A stretch of DNA of 64,000 nt from the NCBI GenBank assembly GCA_973895155.1, contig OZ316892.1, positions 5,922,476 through 5,986,475 of the forward strand. The letters are read 5' to 3'. Source of the DNA: Marsupella aquatica. Lineage: Eukaryota > Plantae > Marchantiophyta. Each line of letters begins with the position of its first letter. The first letter of the stretch is position 1. Of the stretch, positions 1 to 9,169 are shown piece after piece. The position numbers were made by a program, and so were the translations under genes. The notes under the pieces are model-generated. The model did no database searches and was not told the DNA's origin. It worked only from the letters and a program-made list of their open reading frames with translations.

Positions 1-434
1 GTCTTGAACACAAATCCACGAGCCACAATCTGATTGCCGATCCAGACCTCGACTTCATCGCCAGATACAATCGAGTCTCCAAAACTTTCCACCGACGATT
101 TCTCTGGTACAAAACCCGGAACCGTATCCTTTGTAGAACAGGAGGCATCCATTTTCGTTGTCGCTGGAGTTGACTGTGACTTCAAATATGCAAAAGGGGC
201 ATCCCAAATAATGCAAGAGTCGACAGCATCAAACAGGGTCCTGATCGGCTGCAAAGGGTAAGGAATTTCCCGTGATCCCTCATAGCACTTCTCAATGAGA
301 ACTCCTATACGATTACTTCCCAAATCAACATTACGCACTGAGTCACCCGGGTCAACCTTGAGGACCGTCCCGCAAGCAACTTCCACTCCGTCGATTACGA
401 GGCACACCTTGTCCCCTCGAGAGAAACTCCCCAT
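1..434 (-). CDS. Protein with tandem Tnp1/En/Spm-like (CACTA TnpA-associated) domains, running off the window edge
   Basis: Not in the ORF track. Manual translation from ATG 434 is open to base 1: MGSFSRGDKVCLVIDGVEVACGTVLKVDPGDSVRNVDLGSNRIGVLIEKCYEGSREIPYPLQPIRTLFDAVDSCIIW, then a second repeat begins (SIVSGDEVEVWIGNQIVARGFVFK). The pattern VA-G-V...P-P...TL-DA...I-W is typical of this domain. Confidence 0.7.
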   Translation of the reverse strand, partial: MGSFSRGDKVCLVIDGVEVACGTVLKVDPGDSVRNVDLGSNRIGVLIEKCYEGSREIPYPLQPIRTLFDAVDSCIIWDAPFAYLKSQSTPATTKMDASCSTKDTVPGFVPEKSSVESFGDSIVSGDEVEVWIGNQIVARGFVFK

Positions 435-557
435 TTTGAAAACGTGGCCCAAACCGTTGGATGTAGTTACCTCGAGATGATCTCGAGGTAAAGTGACTAC
501 AAAAACCCAAGTGTAGAAGTTTATCCCACAAAATTGTGTGATAGAGAAAATAAGAAG

Positions 558-790
558 CTCTTCTACCTCTAGACGATCTCGAGGTAGAAGAGGGACAAAA
601 ACACCAATACGTCAAAATTCAGAAGTATTTAGCTCGAGACGATCTCGAGGTAGAAGAGGGACCAAAACAACCAATATGTAAAAATTCAGAAGTATTTAGC
701 TCGAGACGATCTCGAGGTAGAAAAGGGACCAAAAACACCAATATGTAAAAATTCAGAAGTATTTAGCTCGAGACGATCTCGAGGTAAAAT
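558..790. repeat. Tandem repeat, 66-67 bp unit x ~3.3, one palindrome per unit
   Basis: Palindromes at 567, 633, 700 and 767 are separated by a near-identical spacer, GTAGAAGAGGGAC...CCAATATGTAAAAATTCAGAAGTATTTAG. Confidence 0.93.
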
Positions 791-1299
791 ATGAATCTCA
801 CTGAATATCGAACTAAGATTCTATACCTCCGACACTCTAAAAACATTTATTATAAGAAGGAAAACCAAATGCACCATTAGAAAGAAGGAGAAAGTGAATA
901 AGTTTGAGGACCAAACTTATGACTCGAGATGATCTCGAGCCAAAAAGGACATTGTATTTGACAAAGAAACTATTAGGAATAATAAGCCACCCAAAATAAG
1001 AACATATAAATGGCTCTAGATGATCTAGAGGAATGATTTGGTGCAATTAAGAAAGTAGGCTCCCAGTTTACTTCCAGACACTGAGAAAAAGCTTCTAAAA
1101 GGCCATCAAATAGAGGGAAAAGGCTTCCAAATGGATTTTGACCGACATTAGTATAAGCTGAAAAGGTTCGGTTTTCTAAAAGATAGGAGCTCAATTATTT
1201 TAGACCTCCTTCGGGGCTTAAAATGACAATTTCTCGAAATATCCTAAACACAAACGTAGACTCCAAAACCCTTGAAAAGAACAACAGAAAGAGATCAGA

Positions 1300-1790
1300 G
1301 CACAAATCTAGAGCCAGAGAGAGGGAGAGGGAGAGGGAGAGAGAGCAGAGAGGCAGAGGAAGAAACGAGCGAGCGGTGAAACGAAATGAGAAGAATGACC
1401 CGTTGAAGAGCAAGGAGAAGCAATATATAAAACCCTGACAGACAAAAAGGGCAATAAGACGGAATGGTTGAACTTGTGTCACGGCTAAGCTTGCGGCAAG
1501 GCTGAAGTACGGATAACAATAATGACAACACGTGTGACCGTAATAATGACTGTACGCACCCAGTAGGTTGCGTGGCAGCCTGCCTGAGCCTGCACGAGCC
1601 CTGGCACGCTTGGCACGGCCAAGGCCGACCCCCGAGGGGCTTATAGTGGCTTCAGGGGTTTTGAATTCCCCATTTTCACATTTGCCTCCTCGCCTCTTTG
1701 CCTCTTCGCCTCCTCGCGTCCCTTGCCTCCTTGCCTCTAGATCGTTTCGCGCTCTTGCCTCGAGATCGTTCTATTAGCCTCGAGATTGCA
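1300..1790. promoter_or_regulatory. Putative bidirectional promoter and 5' leaders of the divergent element genes
   Basis: GA-rich tract at 1310-1360 (pyrimidine-rich on the minus strand), TATATAAAA near 1424, GC-rich core at 1565-1640, and a CT-rich tract at 1683-1760 on the plus strand. Palindrome orientation switches across this region. Confidence 0.45.
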
Positions 1791-1939
1791 GAGGATCGAG
1801 ATTAGGGTTTTTCCTCGAGATTTTATAGGGTCAAGATTTTGTGTTTAGGCTCGAGCTTCGATAGGGTCAAGATTTTCTTTTTAGGCTCGAGATTTTTTTT
1901 AAGTTCTCAGCCCGTAGTACGTTCCTCTCATCACCAGCC

Positions 1940-4900
1940 ATGTCGACTGTTGTAGATTTCTCCAAGGAGGACTTCGCTGAGTACAACCTTGCAACCGTTG
2001 GCGAAGAGCTCCAGACCCATCTAGACTCAGCACATCAGATCCATCGCACCATTAAACGTAATTCTTCATCTTTGTTCTGTTCAGGTTTAACTCGAGATCG
2101 TCTCGAGCTTCAATTGGTCCACTTGTTTTTGGATTCCTTGGATGCCGTTGAGGCTCGAGATCATCTCGAGCCTATTGATGTTTTCTCCAATACTTTGTTT
2201 CAAAAGTTGTGATCTATTAATTGATTTTGCATTTGATGTAAGTGGCATGAGGCTCGAGATCGTCTCGAGCCAATATGCAATTCCTGCATGTGACCTAGTG
2301 AGATTTCTTCAAGTTGGAAACCCTTACCCTTCAAAATTGAACATCATATCCAAAATATCTAAAATTTCCTTCCTTTAGGGACTTCTGTGCCCTCCAACTC
2401 GTTCTGATCATTGACATCCGAACGGGTTTGTGGGTATCAGAAGTTAATGGAGAAAGTGGATTTTTTATCGTTGATTGAATATGATGTTAATTGTTGAATA
2501 TGATATTCAGATCACTCATTTGATATGTTAGGCTCGAGATCGTCTCGAGCCGAATATATCCCACACCGTCTTCCCTTATGTTCATTCGTCTCCCTTGGCC
2601 AATTTCTTCCAGTTGGAAGGACTCCTTGTTGTCTACTTCAATTACTAATATCCTTTTCAATGTGATCCAAGCTTGCCTTTTGGACCAGTTGGAATAAAGC
2701 CTCAACTGATATATATATGGATCGAGATCATCTCGAGCCCTTATCTTTTTCTTTTAAATAGATGGTGGCTTGAGATCATCTCGAGCCTATTGTGTTTCCT
2801 GGGATTCTTGGGTTTGAAATCTCTTTTTAAATTCCACGGATGAAATGGCATTGGAACATGTCTGAATAGTAAACTGAAGATCGAGATCATCTCGAGTCAC
2901 CTATTTGTTTCTTGGTTTTGTAGTACATGTTCCTGACAATTGCTACATTTTTGCTATACCAGGTGCGAAATTGGGATCGCCTAATTTGGTAGTCGAAGAT
3001 GAACATGCAATTGAGATTTCCTGCCCTGGACAGAGTTTATTTGGATTTTGTTGGGCCATTGAGCTTGCTGAAACTGAAGACATGGAAGGAACTATTATTT
3101 GTGTGAAGACGAGGTCTCCATCAGTCGATCCTCTGGTGTGCAGCCTTCTAGGGCCTGTTGTTTCTATTGTGACGAGTAACGGTAAGGACATGGTTTTGAC
3201 GGTGGAGAACCACGAAACAGGGAAGTGGGCTCTAATTAGACTTCACGCCAAAAACTACTCTTGCGATCTTAACATTGAACGTGCAGCCAGGAAACAACTG
3301 AGCGTGATATCAATGGGTTTCTTCCCCGAGGATTTTACTACAAGTAATTTGCTAGAAGATACTCCTATATCTAGAGCGGACATAATTTTTGGATTCCTTT
3401 ATTGTCGGAAGTATGGGCTTGATTGCGATGATGCATTCACGACTCCTTTCACGTGGAAGGTTTTGAGACTAATGTTGGAATCCAAATTGGGGGAGTTTGA
3501 ATCTATATCCCCTGATTTTGTGTTTGGAGCCGGAGAATTTGACCAGGATGCTTGTAAAAAGTGGGTGTTGTCTCATCGGAGACAAACAGGTAAAGTGAAA
3601 TCCGTAGCTGCAGGAGACAAGACCTCCGGTTCGGACAAAAAGGAAGCGAAGGTGTCTCAAAAGAGGAAGAGGGTTGACAAACCCGAAATCAAATCGAAGA
3701 AGGCTCATCCACCAAAAAAGTCCGCATCGCCCAAGGTAGATCTTATTCCGGCATCTTCCTCGGGTGTGAATGCACATACCGATGATGATGGCACTCCAAG
3801 AGATGCTCTGGGAGAAAAGAGCGTTAAGGAAGGAGCCGAAGTTCTTAAGGAGATTGAGGAGTATTACACATTTGGCATGAATGAAACTTTTGACATTCTT
3901 GTCACCAGTATAGATTCGCCATCTGCAGTTTTGGTTTATAGGATGTTCAATAAAGACCATGCCATGGAGGTCGCAAAATCCATGGTTCGAAACCCTGGAA
4001 TGGTACCAGCTGTGGCGGATTTAATTCCGTATTCAAGAGAGAGTTTCCAGTTGCTCCATTATGAGAATACTGCTGAGGATCGAAAGGAGTTTGAGTGGGG
4101 TGTTAAGAATAAGAAGGTGCAGTTCCTTGCAATCAGTGGACAACACTCGGCAAAAGCAGCTGTTTGGATCATAGGTTGGGCTAAGAGCGATGCAAAGTTG
4201 AAGGAGGTTGCGAAGAGTCTGCAATATCGAAAGTCATGAATTCTTTCGGACAGAACTCCAAGGACAATACTTGCTCAACACTCACAAAGGGCAAATGCTG
4301 TTAATAAGACAATGGAGTATGAGTCCTGTTTTCTTGATACTATGGTCCATGCGCGTCGACAGTTTGACGAGTGTGGCCGTCCGGAGAGACCCGTGATTGG
4401 GTCCAATAGACTAACGGATCATCAAAAGTTCCAGGTATATTTGAACTCAAATCCACTTCGAGCTCGAGATTGTCTCGAGCCTCGAGGTCAAGTTTCTGTA
4501 TTTGATTTATCTTCATGTATTCCCCATAAATTTTACCATAGTTCCTTAATTCTACCTCGAGATCGTCTCGAGCCTCAGATTTGTTTTGTACTGTTTGGAC
4601 CAGGATTTTATGGCCCTTGCCAAAATAACGACTGGAAAATCCGAACTGAGGAATATTTTTTGGTTGTTGTTTTCGGATGAGAACCTCTTCCGAACTTGGA
4701 GACAAATGTGCATCGATTGGGTCAAGGGACTTCTTCCGGATGGTCTAGGGGAGTTAGGTTCAAAAATAAACGGGAAAGCCCGGACAACAAAAATGATTAC
4801 GCCGGCATTGTTTAGATGCTTTGAAGGAGACCTGAGTAATGACGACATTCTGAAAGTTTTTACTGCCGTTCAACAACAGAAGGTTTTATTGAAGAAAGAC

Positions 4901-6430
4901 GGTCGTATTCGACAACGGCAGTGGACAGATGCCGAAATTTTTGTCTTGCTGGAGTATTGCTTGCAGATGGCAAACTCGACGGAGGTCTTAGTAATCTTTT
5001 TTGTCCGTCAAGGCCCATTGATAGGCCAGATTTAGAGTGCCTTTGAAAAGATTCGTCGTGAGAAGAAAGTGCACACAAAGCTGGAATACGGGAGCTACTA
5101 CCGTGATCAGGTGCCCAAGGAGGAGGGAGATTTTCTCATTGGAGCTCGGGACTCAATCATCTTTGGGGGAATTTGTTGTGAAGAGGAACCAGACTGGTCC
5201 CAAATTTTCTTTGATGACTTTTATGCGTTCTGGAACTACAGTGAGAAGTGGGACAAAGACTTCACAGTCTTGCCTTTGAAGGCCCCTACTGGGAACAACA
5301 AAGACCAATCAAAGGGGAAAGAGAAGCTCGATGAATCCACTGTTGATGTCGAAGTTTTGGAGAAGATGGCCCCATCTTATGAGATGGTCGGTCGGCGTGG
5401 TGGCTTTGTAAATCCGAGAGCAAAGCCTTTGCGAATGACAAAGCGTCTTGTTGATTATTTCTCGTGCCCAGGTCATACAGTGTTGGATTTCTTCTCTGGA
5501 GGACAGACATTGAAAGCTTGTGTCATTCTTGGTCGGGATTGTTTTGTGTATTCGGACACAGCTCAAGAGATGGAATTCACTGAAGCCTTTGCTCAGCTCC
5601 TTCATGACAACAAGCAAGTTTTATATGTGCCACCCAAGGAGCCGTTGCCATCTGAGGAAATTACTGCTGGTCCCCTCGTTCTTATAGAAGAGGCGGCCGC
5701 AGACATAGCTCCAGTGGAAGCCAGTGTTTATGAGGAAGTATTTGCGGAGAATTTAGAGCATCGCAAAATGGAGGGCCCAAAAATTACAAGCTACATGGAA
5801 GAGGAGGGTGAAATACTCCCTGAATTTGGAAATGATGCTCGAGATGATCTTGATGTTCCAAGTGTTCCTTCATCGGGTGGCCTTGGGGATGCACAACGTG
5901 AACAACAGTCTTCAACCTTGGATGTTGGCTGGGAATCCACCCTGCAGGATGCAGTTAGCCAACCAATTCCAAGCCCTCCTCAACTGGATGAGATTTTCTC
6001 TACTAAGAAAGCTAGTGGCTTCCATACTCCCCCTCAGGACGAGGCAGGTGCATCGTCCTCTCCCTTAGACCAAATGTTTTGCGCTTCAGAGAATAAGCTT
6101 GTTTTCACAGATTCTTCTACTGGAAGCCCCGTAATTCTCCCTTTTGTTAGGAAACCGGGGACTGAAATCGGTAGAACTGGTTACAAATCACTCAAAGCAA
6201 GTGCTACTCATTATGTTTGGACTGATGGACCGTCAAAAGGTCAACAAGTCTCTATAGAGCAGTCTGAGAAGATTATTCGATCTAGAAAGTATAGGATGGA
6301 TAAGTTCAAATTAGTGCCAGTTTGGTCTGAGCCAGCTCTTGTTGAGACCCTTCCCGGAGGGATAAATTTGGACATCCAAAACCAACTAGGAGATAACCTT
6401 CTAGATGAATTTGGGTCTTTCAGCACGTGA
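1940..6430 (+). pseudogene. Spliced ~1150-codon gene: ParB/Srx-like domain fused to a beta-class N4C/N6A DNA-methyltransferase-like region; two in-frame stops
   Basis: Exons 1940-2057, 2924-4434 and 4604-6430 join in phase with GT..AG ends. ParB-like motifs: ILVTSIDSP..YRMFNKDHAMEVAKSM, FLAISGQHSAKAA, LAQHSQRAN. MTase-like: NPRAKPLRMTKRLVDYFSCPGHTVLDFFSGGQTLKACVILGRDCF (compare HPTQKP..RLI...S.PGD.VLDPF.GSGTT..AA..LGR). Stops at 4237-4239 (TGA) and 5033-5035 (TAG) are each followed by the same open frame. Confidence 0.75.
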
Positions 6431-6484
6431 GGTTGAAACCCAAGTTAGTTTGAACTGTCCGGAAATTCAGCCGTCTAAATTATT

Positions 6485-7757
6485 ATGTCTACCTTCACAG
6501 AAATAGGCGGGCCCTTACCAATTGTGGAGTGCGTCGACAATAATCTCCGAAGATGTCCTAAATATTCTTCAACTACTGACCTTCCACAAACAACAGGTAT
6601 GATGTTGACTGTTGTTCATTCACTTGTGATGCTCGAGATCGTCTCGAGCATTCCTTTGTTTTATCTCCCACAATTCTAACGTTGGTGTTCGTACTTTGCA
6701 GGACCCTTGCCTCCACTTCACGGTCCGATCAGACGGAAGCTATTGATTCTTGACCTCAACAAAATGTGTTGGGATTCTGTCAAAACGCCAAGTTCCGGAC
6801 CGCGCCGTAGTGCGACAAGTGTCAATGGTGTCCACTGGGGGAGACGTGGAGGGTTTAACTTTATGTATGTTGAGCGACCCCATCTTCACGAGTTCTTAAT
6901 CGCAGCTTTTTCATTATTTGATGTTGCCATTTGGACTTGTGCAAGGAAACCCAGGACGGATGAAATGATTCATTTGATCTTCAATCAAGAAGAGAGAGCA
7001 ATTCAAGTTTATTCTCACTCAAGAAGATACATTCGATACTGGAATCCAGAGGCCTGACATTACCGATGGGAAGGCAAATATTCTTTTGAAGGATTTGAGG
7101 GTTGTTTGGAAACGTTATGGTGGATTATACGACGAAACTAATACACTCCTTCTTGATGACACTCCAATGAAGGCGTTTGCAAATCCAGAGAATTGTGGGT
7201 TGTTTCCTTCCTCATTTTCGCATCACTCCACGGATGATACATTCTTTCCAGAAATACTGTGGCCTCTGCTCAAGAAATTGTATCATGCCTTTAATCTTCA
7301 GCACTATCTTTTTATCAATCATCCAAAGTGGTCTATGATCAATGTTTTATCGGACAGGGATCAACAGGCTGCCATTTATGCTCTGTTGTCGGAGAGGTGG
7401 GGTAGTATGGTATGGGTTCCCAATGTTATCCATACAGTCTTGGATGTTACAGCGGACGAAATTCCCTGGGATATCAAAAATGAAGTGCAACAATTACCAC
7501 CAATGGAGGAATTGACGGAGGAGGCGATCAACGACCTTGCAAAGACATTAATTGGATATCAGGACACAGGACCCTACAGAGACAATCATCGGGGATTTGT
7601 TTTGGAAGTCTTGAGGTGTAGGGACCTCACAACAAAGTTCTGGAATAGAAAGCCTCTCAATTTCTGTAATCGCGATATGAAATATGACCCGTCAGGGTCT
7701 AGGTTTACTTGCTCAAATGAATTCTGTGGGGTGGAGGAGCATGAGATTTGGGTCTAG
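6485..7757 (+). pseudogene. FCP1/SCP (NIF) HAD-family phosphatase-like gene with a frameshift
   Basis: Exon 6485-6596, then intron 6597-6701 in phase. Motifs KLLILDLN, ERPHLHEFL, FDVAIWT, KDLRVVW, NTLLLDDTPMKAFANPEN. Frameshift in the AG run near 6990; the other frame reads EQFKFILTQEDTFDTG...NILLKD. Cys/His-rich C-terminus. Confidence 0.8.
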
Positions 7758-8489
7758 ATTATCTCGACCCTACACTGAACAGTTACGATGTGAGTTGTAC
7801 ATATACATATTCTTACTCGAAAAAAGAGTGAAGCTATGCGTAGTATCCATTTGAGTCTAGATGTTGTTGATCCTCATTTACTTGTAGATATGTTCTCAGA
7901 AAAAGGTTATTTGGGTCTAGACCCTATACAAAGGGAATAGCTAGAGATATAGATTCAACAACGGGTCAAAATTATGTGGACCCTACATTTGGGTCGAGAT
8001 AATCTTGACATAGATTTTTACATAGTAATTGATATACATTCAACAACCGGTCAAAACCATCTAGAGCCTGCATTGGGGCAGACGTGGTCTCGACCCTGTA
8101 AAAATAGGTTTTTTACTTTTATAATACATCACCGGTTTACCTTCCGTGTTACTTTGTGTAACTTGGTTATCAGGGTCATTTCAATTTATTATATTGTCTT
8201 ATTCTATTTTTTCATTGTTTATATTGTATATAATAAGAACACTTTAATGTCTTTTAATTAATAAGTATTAATAATTGATAACTGAATTATTTAATTAATA
8301 ATTTGGGCATTAGAATTGTAATTTTAGACCTCAAAAAGTGTATATTTGGCCACTAAAATGTATGCTTTTGGGGAACAAGTTATAGAACTTTTGGGGGTAA
8401 AATAAGAAATTTGAAGGTCAACTTCTGGACTAGAGAAATTCCAGTTTTAATGAATAGGGTGATATAGGTGCGCTACTGTCTGTGGTTGA

Positions 8490-8890
8490 AGGAGTGTGCT
8501 ACGTTCCTTCTTGCTGAAATGATAGGAAAGTTTATGTGATTGCTGTGTTGTTGCTCAAACAGGGAGTGCGGGCGGGAGTGTGGCTGTTGCAAGTGCTGCG
8601 TTGCAGCTGCTCAAACAAGAGGTGGGTGCGGGGAGTGTGGCATTGCTACTTGCTGAAACGGAAGCTGCTACCAGGTTGCTGAAATGGAAGCTGCATGCTA
8701 GCTTGCTGAAACGGGAGCGAGAGTGCTGCGTTGCTGCTCTCTCTCAATGCTTGCTCAAACAGGAGTGCCAGGGCTGCTGCCAGCATTGCTATGTACCTTG
8801 CTCAACCGGGAGGTGGGCGCTTCCTGCTTTGATGATCGTGCTTGGTTGCTTGCTATTGTTTCATGCTCGTGCTTGCTTGCTATTGTTTGA
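8490..8890. repeat. Degenerate short-unit repeat (TTGCTCAAACAGGGAGTG / TTGCTGAAACGG)
   Basis: The motif recurs at about 8551, 8608, 8650, 8677, 8703, 8751 and 8798. Confidence 0.6.
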
Positions 8891-8891
8891 A

Positions 8892-9168
8892 GCCCATGCC
8901 AGAAGACACCTCCCACATTCCCTCCGACCTGCAGTGTTTCTTTACCCAACTCAGGTCCGTTACTCAAATCAAATTTAATGATTCCATATCTGCTAGATTG
9001 GCTGTCAACTGCAGCTGAACGAGTAGCTGTGTAGATGTATCGGGTCTTCTTGCCAATATAATTCTTGTTAATCGCGGGATATTCAGTATCGAACTCCCCC
9101 AGCCTTTTGTCCGTAGTCTCTCCAGTCTTCCAGTTGATCTGATACTCATGCAATCGCGGGCAAGCGTC
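8892..9168 (-). pseudogene. Carotenoid cleavage dioxygenase (CCD1-like) gene fragment
   Basis: Translation RLHEYQINWKTGETTDKRLGEFDTEYPAINKNYIGKKTRYIY...GIIKFDLSNGPELGKETLQVGGNVGGVFWHG matches the recalled plant CCD1 segment (LYEMRFNMKTG...DFPRINE.YTGKKQRYVY...GIIKFDL..E.GK..LEVGGN). No other CCD exons are visible. Confidence 0.85.
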
Positions 9169-9169
9169 A

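Larger units (their letters stand above)
471..6648. repeat. Dispersed 17-bp palindrome family CTCGAG-A(TCR)T-CTCGAG, 17 copies
   Basis: Copy starts: 471, 567, 633, 700, 767, 923, 1014, 2091, 2154, 2253, 2533, 2721, 2769, 2880, 4463, 4556, 6632. Half-sites at about 1735-1890; GGGTC-flanked degenerate variants at about 7750 and 7991. Confidence 0.95.
1..8462. mobile_element. Large transposon-like element, left end outside the window; superfamily unresolved (CACTA-like domain, possible Helitron-like end)
   Basis: Cluster of TE-type genes (Tnp1/En/Spm-like, ParB+MTase-like, NIF-like) united by a palindrome family absent from the rest of the window. AT-rich tail at 8100-8460. No transposase or RepHel core is visible, and the right boundary is approximate. 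Confidence 0.65.

Noticed and set aside
558-790. CRISPR-like array of palindromic repeats
   Set aside because: Spacers are near-identical, there are no cas genes and the context is eukaryotic; it is a tandem repeat.
5838-5854. Exonic palindrome-like CTCGAGATGATCTTGAT
   Set aside because: The right arm is degenerate, the orientation is opposite to its neighbours, and it encodes ARDDLD; probably chance, so not counted.
6420-6500. Splice fusion of the ParB-MTase gene to the NIF gene
   Set aside because: The obvious donor (6427) and acceptor (6500) are out of phase; treated as separate genes pending RNA data.
471-6648. XhoI linker or cloning artefact explanation for the palindromes
   Set aside because: Copies show natural divergence and compensatory changes, and they sit inside phase-consistent introns.
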